DNA of 37,023 nt from Spirogloea muscicola (lineage: Eukaryota): the NCBI GenBank assembly GCA_009602725.1, contig WELB01000021.1, forward strand, positions 588,015 to 625,037, written 5' to 3'. The notes under the pieces are model-generated. The model did not search any database, had not been told where the DNA came from, and was given only the letters and a program-made list of their open reading frames with translations. Position 1 is the first letter of the stretch. Every line of letters begins with the position of its first letter. A program made the position numbers and the translations under genes. Of the stretch, positions 22,440-33,999 are shown piece by piece.

Positions 22440-24740
22440 ACTCTCAGCCTGCCGCCGCTGTTTCTGTGGCTAGATGCAATGACATGACAAAGTACATACT
22501 CTTCTGTAATTTCCGCTCTGTCTTGCCTTCATGATGAAGTGGTATGCTCAGAGAGGACGCTGCATGAGAAGGTGACTTCCTTATTAAAGACACGAACCAC
22601 TTTGGCAGAGAGCCGGGTGACAGAACCAGTCCTTTTTTAGGACATGCACTGCAACCATCGTCAACTGTTGAAACTGCAAGAAGATCCAGCACAATAGGAG
22701 CAGTGACATTCCATAATTGAGACATTCAACATCTGGTGCTGTTTTACGCAGCAAACAACTGTCAACTGTTGAAACTGCAAGAAGATCCAGCACTTCAGGA
22801 GCAATGACAATTAACAAGTGAGACATTGCATGTCTGGTGCTCTGCTTTACTTATTGAAGCCACCTATGTCCCTCTCTGTGACGATTTGTAAATGAGTAGT
22901 TTGTGACATTGCAATGACATTCGTAATATGTAAGTAGGCCTATTTTGTCTGGAAGAGATTGAAGTAAATGATCTGTCTTTATTGGGGAAATATGAACAGC
23001 CATACAAGTCGTGGGGTTGTAGCTGAAATTGCAGCTCAATGTGTCGCAGTTCAAATCATCGCTACGCAGGCAGGTCAATAATCTGTCCTGACTACTCCAT
23101 ACAATTTTATGTACACAGGCGGCTGGTAGAAGTCCCAACCAGAAGCCTAGAAAAGCATATATTAAAGAAGGTAGTGTACAGACAGGAATGTCTAAGAGGA
23201 GCTGCTGGAGGGATGATGTAGAACACCCTCATAGAGGTGTTGTGAGGGTGTTCTGCATCATCCAGCATTTGTACACGTATTTACATACTTAGCAGCGGTG
23301 GATTGTTTCAGTACTGATGGTGGGCCCATATGAAGTGTACACCTCGCTAACCTGGTAGACTGGTCCAAAGCTCCACCAAATTGTCAAGGCCCAAGCATTT
23401 GACCAACAGCTGGTCTGCCTCGGACAGTACTGCCGTTGGTGGCTGCACAAGGGACCGGGCTCACACTTGAGGGTCAACAGACCCATCTTGTCTCAGATGG
23501 TCAGGATGACAATATCTAAACTGTATTGAGTGCAGTAGATACTTATGGTGCACATTATGTTTACAGTACTGATTGATGGCTAGGATGACCTTGAGAGCAC
23601 TACTAGATATGTTGAGCCTTCGATAGCTTGTACACTTCTATGATGACATAGAGTTGCACCTCAACGAAACCAGGAGATGTCTGGGCAGCGTGCAATGACG
23701 GCTTTGCGGAACTGGTTGCCTACAGAACAAATACAACAGATGAGTGCATAAGCGGCACTTGAATTTCAGGCATGAGGGCTTGAGCTCATCCTCTGCAACT
23801 GGCAGAGATACCGGCGGCCGCAGTAAGGTCCTTCTCCGTAACAAGAGACGCACCTCACCAACACCAGGATGACCCTGGTCGTTCTCCACCAAAGGAATCT
23901 CGAAGTTGTTCTCCACCAAAGGAATGTCGAGTTTGAGTACCTACAGGACAAAGCGAAAGCAGACAATGCATCAGACGCATCGATATGCAGGCAATTTGGC
24001 TTGAGCGTAATCTCTGCACCAGTCAAGCAATTCCAGTGGCAGCAGTGTGGCCCTTCTGCATAAGACAGAGCCACACCTCGATGATACCAGGCAGGATGTC
24101 GCCGCCCTCCATCACAAAATCTCCAGGACTGAATGCCTTCAGGACAAACGGAGCAGACGACTACATTCGTCACTTGCAGGCAGTAAGGCTTGAGCACAGA
24201 CTGTGCACCTGCCAAGTGGGTGGCCTTTCCTTGGGACGCAGAGTCGTACCTTGACAACACCCAGAAGCAGTCTGGCCGGATTCCAAGAAGAGATTCGCAG
24301 GTGTGGCTGCCTGCGAGACAAGCAGAGCAGACGACTATGTGTCAGCGGCACATCATGTGAAGTACTACACGGCCTCTCTGCAAGATTCTCGAATCTGTGG
24401 ACTTCAGCTCGTACCGACTACTCTGCGCAGAGACCCGCGCGCGTCAACGCGAGGTGAGGGGTTCGAGCCCGCCAGGGGGCACAGACGGCCATGGACGGTC
24501 GCGGCGAGCTCCCGGTCAGGCATCCCGCTCGCTCGCAATCCCGCTCGTGCCATGAGCTCTCTCGGAGCGCATTCGCGCGGGGGCGACATCTCACGAATTC
24601 CGCGAATGCGGGCGACCGGCGGGGCCGGGGCGCGGCGGCCGCGGCGGCGCCGGGCGTGCAGCCATGTGGGAAGGAGGAGCATGTGGGAGGAGGGAGGGAG
24701 GTGGGGGCAGAAGGAAGGCGCCCGGTGCGCATGGGGATGC
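22440..24740 (-). pseudogene. Unidentified gene/element X, copy 3
   Basis: Shares blocks with other copies (CAGCCTGCCGCCGCTG, TGAGAAGGTG, TTGAAGCCACCT, CAAGTCGTGGGG, CCATGGACGG). Four Cys-rich repeats at 23640-24360. ORF 23766-24260. Confidence 0.6.
23211..23263. other. Conserved hairpin in X copy 3
   Basis: GGATGATGTAGAACACCCTCATA-GAGGTGT-TGTGAGGGTGTTCTGCATCATCC: 23-bp stem with two G.T wobbles. Confidence 0.85.
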
Positions 24741-24829
24741 TAGGGTGGCCTCATTTAAGCGCATGAATATTCTGTCCAGGCGAAGGCTGGTGCACAGAAC
24801 GGGAGGGCTGGGGCCCCACCCCCGGGTGG

Positions 24830-26792
24830 AAGAAAGTGCTCGCCCGTAGAGAAGAGGGGCTGGCAAGGCCAGCCCAAAAAAGAATGGACAATGTCCACAG
24901 CCAAAGAAAGAGGAGCCGGAAAAAGGTCTACAGGGTGGAGGCGCGCGGTGCGCATGGAATGGAAAGGGTGGCCGATCCACGCCAGCGGCTGCGCTTTTCA
25001 GGCAAAAGCTAGTGGAAACGAAAAGGAAGAGGGAGGGGGGGGCCTCGGCCCCACCACGGGGTTTGGCTCCTGCCACGCAAGCCTTCTTGGACTGGAAGCT
25101 GGCATCAATGGTCAACAGATTCGCCGCCACCGCTGACGCTGACGCCGCGCCGGGTTGGGCGCCTGTCCCTTTTTTTGGCCGACATATCATGCGGAGAAGA
25201 AAAAGGAGCGATATTATTAAGGACCACCCCCGGGGCGACCACTTCTTCCCATTCGCCATCGACATGTACGGCGGCTACGGAACGAAGTGGTCTTTTCCTC
25301 CCCCGTTCTGACATAGCATCTTCAGGCCCCTTCGTAGCTGCTTAGCACTTTTTAGGCCCCTCCGTCATCTGGCCCCTTCGCACCTTTGTCAATTCTTTTC
25401 GGGCTGGCTTTTCACAGCCCTCAACCCGTTGGGAGTGCCATTTCTTTCCTCCATCGCCTGGCACAGCTTGTCGACGCCCGCCGACGGAGTCGGGGGGGTA
25501 GCTTAGGGCATTCTGTGTCCCGCAAGCCATCGTTGCCTGCTATACAATGCGGCTATCATTGAGTGCACAGCGCTCCCAGGCACTGGCGAGCGCTCCCAGG
25601 CACTGGCGATACACCAGCGTGCTGGGCGTGCAACAGGCCAGGCTAATGGCTTCCGTGTCGGTGGTCTTGCTCCTCAGCTTAGATTGTCAGATATGCAGGT
25701 GCTCACTCACAGATATGATTGTCCCCCTTAGCCAGCTCATTACGCCGTTACCAGGTTATTTGTAAGGCTAGCATTGGCCTCCCTTTCAACTTCATGCGCA
25801 CCGCGCGCCTTCTCTCTCTTTTGACAATTTGGAAGCGTTGTTCTCTTTTGTTGTTATATGGGCCCTAACTAACTCGAGGATTACTGAGAGCCCCCTTGCT
25901 GCCGGCTTAGCAATCAGTATCTTGCCTTTTGCGCCATCCAGCCCCTTCAGACCTTGTCCATCGTTTTGGGCTGGCCTCGCACAGCCACCAGTCAATGTGG
26001 AAGCGCTGTTGGATATATTGGCAAGGTTGCGGCAGGAACAGCAGAAGGCGCGCGGTGCGCATGAATCAAAAGGTAGTTCAGGCAAGCTTTCGGGCTGGCT
26101 TTTCACAGCCCTTGCCCCCATTGGGAGAGCCACTTCTTCCCTTTCGGGTCCCTTTGCAATAGGTGATGTACGTCACCAGATGTGCATGCTTTGTACTCGG
26201 CCATTTAGGCAAGCCCGTACGCTGTGTGAGATGAACAGTTCTCTAGCAGGGACACTGGTGACAAACCGATGAACACAATATTAGTGCGTCCCCATTGCCT
26301 TCGCGGTTCACTTGCGCGCAGGCCGCGCTTTGGCTGTGGCCTCCGGCTTCCGTCAGGGCGACGTCTATCCGCCTGCTAGCTACTCCGATTTGCATCTACT
26401 CACTAGGGATTACTGAGAGTCCCATTGCTGCCGTCTTAGCAATTAGTACCTTGCTTTCTGCACCTTCCAGCTCCCTCAGACCTTGTCAATTCTCTTGGGC
26501 TGGCCTCTCCCGGCCTCCAGTCAGTTCGGCCGCCTTTTCTCTTTGATTTTAGGGAGAGAAAGAAAGCAGTTCCTCCGTGAATGTCTGACACTGTTCATCC
26601 GTTACGCTTAAGCGGCTTGCACGGCGGGAAATCAGTCGTTGTCAGGGACGGCAAGTGTAGCGGACACGGCCGACCCATTTCACAAGGTGAAAACAGCTCT
26701 TCAAGATTGACAGCAATGGCTGTTAGAAGTGGCTCTCCCGAAGGAGCAAAGGGCTGTGAAAAGCCAGCCCGAACGAATTGACGAGATTCGAA

Positions 26793-26835
<43 letters not shown>

Positions 26836-27740
26836 TTGGCTCAAAACTGGGTAAGGATGAACCTCGAAAACCACGAGTTGGGAACCGCATCTCCGAGTGA
26901 GGCCAGCCCAAAGTAAAGAAAACAGCTCTTCCAGATTGACAGCAGTGGCAAAGAGAGGCCAGCCCAAAAAAAATTGACAAGTGGCTCCGTGTGGCTCGAC
27001 CTGTTGGCCGGCTTGCGCGGCGCGTGTGGCCCTGTCATGAGAAGATTCCGTCGGTGGCTTATCGATCTGACAGGGCATGTGAGGTGGCTGCACACGTGGA
27101 CATACAAGGCACGTCACCTATCTGTTTGATGTGAAGCAGGATTCGCAAACTCGGCACCTCCAGCTCGGCCCCTGGTCAGGTGAATACATAAGTAGGTGCG
27201 CAGATGCCGCCTCGTCGTCGATCAACATCGGCAAACCGTCTTCACGCCACCATTCCAACCGCTTGGGGTTCTGGCTCGCCGACGCCATATCGACGGCTCA
27301 GCGGCAGGTCCGCGCTGTTGCTGAGCGGTCGATGTGGCATCGGCGAGCCATCTACCCCATCTACCCCATTCTTCAGGCCCCTTGTAGCTGCTTTTTAGGC
27401 CATTTGGCCATCATTTGGCCCCTTCGAAGCTTTGTCAATTCTTTTTCGGGCTGGCTTTTCACAGCCCTTGCCCCCATTGGAGTGCCACTTCTCATCTACC
27501 GTCTAAGAAGCAAGTGCGGCCAGATTAACTGGTGGCTGGGAGAGGCCTAAGGACTGGGACAGCAGCAAGTGGACTCTCAGTGACCTCTAGTTAGTAGATG
27601 CAAGTTTGTATAGCTAGCAGGCGGAGAGACGTCGCCCTGACGGAAGCCGGAGGCCGCCGCCAAATCGCTCAAATGAAAGCGCTAAGCCACTCAAATGAAG
27701 TGCTCATCTGTCGCTGCCCCATGAATCTGGCTTCAGCGGG
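24830..27740. repeat. Nest of at least ten short CRE C-terminal/3'UTR fragments from several subfamilies
   Basis: DHPRGDHFFPFAIDMYG (~25220-25275 +); YTMRLSLSAQRSQALA (~25541-25590 +); RAGRALAVASGFRQGDVYPPASYSDLHLLTRDY* (~26314-26416 +); the same peptide on - at ~27575-27665; stem-loop ends near 24832(-), 25372, 25942, 26088, 26473, 26725(-), 26921(-), 27418, 27507(-). Confidence 0.85.
26796..26833. repeat. (AG)n microsatellite
   Basis: About 19 units. Confidence 0.97.
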
Positions 27741-27789
27741 CAGTCCCCACCCTACCCATCGACGCCAGAGGCAGAAATCTCCCTTGAAA

Positions 27790-30700
27790 ACTAGGTCGGC
27801 CGCGGGCGCCGCCGCAGCCGCAGTCGCCACCCCTCCTACACCCCGGGCCGCCGCCGGCGCAGTCGCCGGCGGCGCCCGCCATGGGGTCCGCGGCGGCGTG
27901 CAGGCCCCCTTCCGACCCTGCCCCTGCGCCGGCCCCNGCCAAGTTCGCTTGGGCGCAGCAGTTCCTCGCCTCCTCCGCCTTCCATGCCGCCACCACGCCA
28001 CCTCCGCCGCCGCCCTCTCCGCCTTTCCCCCTCCCAGCGCCATCGCCCCCACCTGCGCCCCCCCCCATCTCTCCCGCCGGCGTCTTCCCCTTGTGCGGAG
28101 CCCGCGCGCGTGCCGTGCCCAACCTGTCCGCGGGATTTCACTTCTCCTCGCGGTGTCTCCTCCCACCGGAAACACTGCAAGGGGTATCCCAGCCCCGCTG
28201 GCTCGACGCCCGATGCGGCCGCCGCAGCCTGCAACCCAAACGCCACTGTCCTGCCAGCCGCACCTCAGGAACAGATCCCGGAGGAGCATATATGGCCTCC
28301 CGCCTCAGGGCCGCCGTCACCACCGCCGTCGCCGCCGCCGCCGCCATCTCCGCCGCTGCTGTCGCCGCCACCGGCGCCACAGAGTCCACCTTCGCCGTGC
28401 CAGCCAGCCGAAGCGGCCCACGCGGCTTGCGGCCCAATTGCCATGGTCCTGGCAGCCTCACCTCAGGAGCAGACCATGGAGGAGCATATATCGCCTCCCG
28501 CCCGCCCGCCGTCCCCACCGCCGTCGCTGCCGCCTCTGCCGTCATCACCACCGTCGCCGCCGTCGCCGTCACCGCCACCCCAGAGACCACCTCCTCTGAG
28601 CCAGCCACCCGCGTCGACCTCGCCCCCGCTTCCCCTGTCTGCGCTTCCGCCTTCCCAGCCATCCACCATCCCGCCTCTCGAGCCGCCCTGCCCCTCGCCG
28701 TCGGCGCCCTCGACGCTGCCCTCGCCACCGCCGCCTCCCCCTTCACCGAGCGCACCAGCTCCACCGCCCTCGCCGCCGCCGCGCTCGCCCGACCCCCTGC
28801 TGTGCCAGCACTGCCAGACGACCTTCACCACGCGGTCAGGCCGGGCCAACCACGAGCGCGCCTGCGCGTTCAACAACAACCGTGCGGCACAGGCGCGGAG
28901 CGCAGCAGCTGCGAGCTGCCGCAGGGGCAGACCAGGCAGGCCTGTCCCTCCCGCGCCAACCCCTCCCACGCCTCAACACTGGCAGTGGCTGGCTGGCCTC
29001 GACCTCGCAGCCATCCACCGTCAGGCGGCCCTCCCGCGCCTCCGCCATGTGCCCCGCGGGGTGCGAAGGCACATTCGCCGCGCGCTCCGCCCGGCAATGC
29101 AGCAGATTGCCAGGGACCACCGGGACGAGGCGGCTTGGAAGCAGTGTTTCCTCTTCCCCGCTACTGCTCGGCCGTGCCCCCCACGACGGCTGCTGGCAGG
29201 GCCAGCAGCCCCTTCTGGAGCGCGCCCGAATTTTGAGAGCGGCCACGGAGGAGCTTCTCGCGCGCCATGATGCAGCGGTGGCGGCCTCGGCAGCGAACCG
29301 AGGTGATGGGCGGGCCGCACCAGACAGGGCCGCCAATGTCCGCCGGGCTCTGCGTTTTCGAAACGCGGGCGAGTTGTCAAGGGCGGTCCAGGCTCTGGAC
29401 GACTCGGTGCGGCGCCCACCAATGCTGCCACAAGGGCGGCCCTGCAATCCCTGCACCCTGCGGCTTGCCACCCCCTGCCCCCGTGGCTGGCCACCTTCGC
29501 ACCGCCAGAGGAGGTGGTCCTCGAAGCCGACGCCCTGCGGAGGGCCCTGCAGAGCAGCCGCCGCGCGGCCGCTGGAGGTCCTTCCCACATGCTTACCGAG
29601 CATCTCCGGGAAATCTTCCTGGAGGACGACCCGGCCGACTTCCAGGCGCTCCACCAGGTGTGCCAGCTCCTCGCTCGCGACCAGGTCCTGGCCAGCATTC
29701 GCGGCATTCTGTGCACCAGTACAATGCTGGCGCTCAGTAAGGCCGGTGGGGGGGTCAGGCCCATCGCTAACGATGAGGTGCTCTACCGCCTGGTAGAGCA
29801 CGCGCTTTGGCAACAGCAGCAGGGCAGGCCCAGGCACACCTGGCGCCCCGATAGTTTGATGCGGGGCCGCGGAGCGGCGGTGAGACGGTCGTGCACGGCG
29901 GACGGGCCGCCCTGGACCTGCATCCCGAATGGGTGGCCGTGGCGGTCGACGTCCGCAACGCCTTCAACAGCGTTGATCGTGATGTCATTGCGGAGGAGCT
30001 GAGAGAGGCCTTCCCCGGCCTTCTACCCTTCTTCAGGCTGGGGTGCGGTCAGCCATGAGAGCTGCAGTGGCGGGCGGGGGGGTGACGCGGTGGAGATCCT
30101 CCACTCCACCAGGGGAGCGCGCCAAGGGGATCCACTGGCGGGGTTCTACTATGCGCTGGCACATCACCGTGCGCTCCAGGCAACGGTGGCGGTTCACCCC
30201 GGCGTCCTCGTGCCGACATACGCTGATGACACCACGCTGGTGGGGAAGCCAGAGGATGTCGCAGCTGCCTTTTGCCACCCTCCAAGTGCAGCTGAACGCG
30301 ATCGGCCTGGCCATTCGGCCGGACAAATGCAGCGCCTGGTCCCTGCAGGGCCTGCCAGCCCACCTGCGCCTGCCCGAGGGTTGCCAGACACCAGCCGGGG
30401 GCCTCACCCTCCTCGGCGTCCCCCTAGGCGCACCTGCCTTTGTGACGGAGCAGCTGCAGGCGCGGCTGCAGGAACACCTCCGGCCGACAGACCTTCTTCA
30501 CACGCTGCAGGACATGCAGCTGGTGACCGCGATGCTGACACGCTGCATTGCGCAACGGCCCGCACCATCCCTCCCTCATCGGCGATGAAGGCAGCGTATG
30601 TGGCTTTTGACTTCGGCATCCTGGCGTCCCCGGCCACCGTCGTGCAGCATTCTGCGTTCCTCACCCCACCAGCTGCGCTGCTGCAGGCTAGCCTGCCGAC

Positions 30701-31830
30701 CAGCCGCGGCGGCTTGGGATGCCGCTCAGTTGCCCGCGCCTGCGAGGCGGCCTACATGGGTAGCCAGGCTCAGGTGGCAGCCCCCATGTGCCAGAGGTTC
30801 CTCGTCCACGGCCAGCGCGCCCTGGAGCGGGCGGCAGCTGAAGTGGAGATCGGCCAGCTGCCCTTTCAGGTTGCCCTCCGCTCTGCCTGCGACGGGCTCC
30901 TGGCGGTCCACCCCAACATGTCGGAGCAGGCCGTCCCTTTCATCCACCTCGCCCACAACCCTGACCTGCGTGCCCAGGCACGCTTCGCGGCGCTGGTTGA
31001 AAAACCGGCCTCTGACCAGGTGGTGGAGCCTCTCCGTCCGTCTGACCTTTGAGGGCGCGCCCCGCTTCTCTCAGCCTCCTCCCCTGGGGCGGCGACGTGG
31101 TTATCAGCGCTCCCACTCCACGCCGCGCTAACCATGCCCGATGAGGTCTTCAGGACGGCGGTCCACCGGCTCTTGGGCCTCCTCCCTCCCTGCCTCGTGG
31201 GCGTCACTCAGTGCGAGTACGTTGCTCGTCACGCTGAACCTGCGGAGTTGGCTGCCCATATGCTCCGTTGCGCACACGGGGCCGAGCGGACCGCTTCCCA
31301 CGATCTCCTGCGAGATGGTATGCAGGGGGTGTTTATGGAGGCCGGCTTCAAGGTGGCTGTGGAGAACTCCTCAATAATGCCCATCCAGCTGGGCGCGAAC
31401 GGCCAGCCCCATACACGACACGTTGACCTGGTCGCCATCCCGCCCGCCGGCGGTCCCCGCATGATTGCGGATGTGGTGACAACTGACTGCATCGACTCCG
31501 TCAATCCCACCAGATCGGCGTCGTTTGCAGGGCACGCGGTCGGCCTGGCCGCCCGGGGCAAGGAGCGAAAATATGCTGATCACCCGGTTGGTGATGAATT
31601 CACGGCCCTGGCGATGGATGTACATGGGGCTTAAGGTAGCCGCTGGCTGGATCTCCTTCAGCGACTTGCCCGCCAGGCCATTGACGGGCGGCCGGGTCTG
31701 CCAGGGGCGATGCCCGGCTTCAATGCGGCCGGGTTCGCTTGCTCAAGTCTTCCGCATGCGCCTGGCGGTATCGCTTTAACGCTCCCTTGCCCACGCCGTC
31801 CACACGCGAGCAGGCCGTGCTATGGCCGCC
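27790..31830 (+). mobile_element. CRE-clade non-LTR retrotransposon, copy E (most complete; frameshifted; lacks last codons and 3'UTR)
   Basis: Two C2HC fingers (CPTCPRDFTSPRGVSSHRKHC; CQHCQTTFTTRSGRANHERAC); GVRPIA; DVRNAFNS; QGDP 30123-30134; YADD 30219-30230; LLGVPLG; RGGLG; WLSALP; knuckle plus HD..RD; RHVDLV..ADV..KERKY..FTALAMDVHG. Same subfamily as copy A. Confidence 0.93.
27984..31830 (+). pseudogene. Disrupted single ORF: zinc fingers - reverse transcriptase - CCHC - RLE endonuclease
   Basis: Consecutive ORF fragments 27984-29270, 29514-30002, 30090-31052 and 31134-31634 carry the motifs in canonical order. Confidence 0.9.
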
Positions 31831-33488
31831 GGACCTCATCTTCTGCAGGCTCAAATGCAGGAGCACCTCCTCGACTCCTTCCAATCATGTTCTGGTTCTT
31901 AGCCCTTCAGGCTTGCAGGTGGCTTCGGCATTCTTGATTGCTGCATCATTTGAGCTTGAAGTCCAATCCATAAAGTATCTCCTTCTGGATATCTCGACGA
32001 CACTATGCTAGCTTTGACGTAGCACATAATAGCACATAAGAAGGGGCTACCTCGTTTAACACCCTGGTTGTCCACCTACCAGCCCTTGACAGTCTCTCCC
32101 AGTGGGCTAGGGCGGCTTGGATTATGGTGCTTGAGGCTTGCAGGACTACCTACTCTAGAAGTTGGGCAGCTCTCACTGCCCCAGACTCATCTCTCTTCTT
32201 TTAGACACAGTGGCGTACCCTTGAGGCCTTGGTGATCCTCTGGCAACCTGGGCATCTGGCCACTGCCACCTCCTTCAAGTCCATCCAGAGCTGCTGAAGG
32301 TGTCTGTCACAACATTCACATGCAGCACCGACATGGGGGGCGCAGCACCGCTACTTCAAGGAGGGGTTTTGGCGACTTGAGACACACTGCAGGTTGTGCC
32401 GCTGCTGACCAGACCAGAGCCAGTTCAATGCTATTTTGTTATACTCTTGGTGCATTGCCTTGCTTCCCTATTGGCTGTGCAGTAGCGCCTGGGCACTCTT
32501 CCTTCCTGAATCACCACAGGATGGCAGTGTAAGTGCACAATTCAGGAGGCAGATGTGACTTCGGCCTAGTGCTTGTGATAGATGCAGCTGGAAAGTGGAG
32601 TGGATGGCCGCTCATGACTGCGTGCCACTACGTATTGCATCTTCTGTGAATCCTTTAGTATCCTGTGCGACCTCATTCTTGGTGCAAATGTAGGTGCAAG
32701 CTGACGGGCCCACACTTGATGAGTTGATCTTGGTGCTGCCAATGCTAATGCTTTGGCTGCAGGACCTGGCACAGCAGAATACAAGGCCTGTTGTAACAGA
32801 TGGTCTCTCTTTAGTTTCCGTCTACGTGGTCTGCTCAAAGAGACCAAGGTAAGTAGAAGGTGGCTTCTGAGGAATGAGCTATCTACCTGGTGAAAGCGCC
32901 AATGGACAGGACCAGTCCTTGTTGTACTACAAGCGCTTGCATTCACCACATCTTGCCACTCCAAGAAAGTATTGGTGTATTGAGTGATGGAGGGCCTGAG
33001 TAGCCAAATACGAAGGCAAGCACATCCCAAGAGTGATTAACACGATTGATTCGGTGGCGGATTCAACATGAGAAAGATGTGATCTGCCCATTTGTTGCTC
33101 TGTCATATCTGTAGGTCACTTGTAGCCACCTAACCGCCTCTGTAGCTGCACCGGGTACTATGCCACTATGACATTCGTGCCACTATGACACTCGGAAAGT
33201 AGCCTTGCTGCTTACTTGAGCTCATCAGTTCCAAGAGGAATTGAATTGAACATGTTCCTCCGAAGACTTGAAATGAACATAAGAGACAAATATTAAAGCA
33301 CAAAGAATTGTGCACGTTGTGGGGTCAACACCCACATCTCGAACGTAAACATCGTTGCACCTCAGGATGCGACCAGTGCAGGCAGTCTGTGTTGTTCAGA
33401 CTTGTCCATACATTGAGTAGCCACACAGGCTGATGACATGACACTAGGTCCGCTTATGTATGTGCGGGAGACCCTCCTAAAGGGACGA

Positions 33489-33529
33489 TGTACACCACAC
33501 TTATAGAGGTGATATAGGCGTGTTGTACA
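33489..33529. other. Conserved hairpin in X copy 4
   Basis: TGTACACCACACTTATA-GAGGTGA-TATAGGCGTGTTGTACA: 15 of 17 positions paired. Confidence 0.75.
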
Positions 33530-33999
33530 CTATTCGTGTTTTGACATGCTAAGCAGCAAGAGGTTGTGTCATGAATGTGCCGCTTGCTGTCTACAGCACA
33601 CAATTCGGCTCGAAGGGTGTATTATTCATACAAAAAGCAAGCAGTAGCAGCAAGTGGCTGCTACAAAAAGGGCTCGCTTTACTCTCAACCGAGCTCAGCC
33701 TTACATACACTGCCCCAATGCCGGTGCAGGCTGTGAAGACCTGGGTACTCCACCCACGCCAGGTCATTTGGCTTGAGCAATGGCACTTCTGATACCTGCA
33801 CAAGGTACTGAGCTCTCGACTGAATGTCAATCTGCAATCTCAACCAACTTGCTTTCCAAAGCTTGGGAACAACCCAGAGCTAGAGCCGACCAATGCTTGT
33901 GGATGTCCTCAGAGCACCGAAAGTCTATGCAGCAATATCATTAAGTAGGTGACCTTAGGAGCACGACTTGACATCGAGCACATAATTTGGCTTCAAGAG

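Noticed and set aside
22660..22850. ~100-bp direct repeat, plus small duplications near 17898, 21082, 23881, 25569 and 33161, as LTRs or target duplications
   Set aside because: Adjacent local tandem duplications inside decayed elements, with no element between the copies.
28138..29837. Long - strand ORFs over CRE copies and overlapping Ala/Pro/Arg ORFs elsewhere
   Set aside because: Shadow frames of GC-rich sequence; the recognisable motifs are on the + strand.
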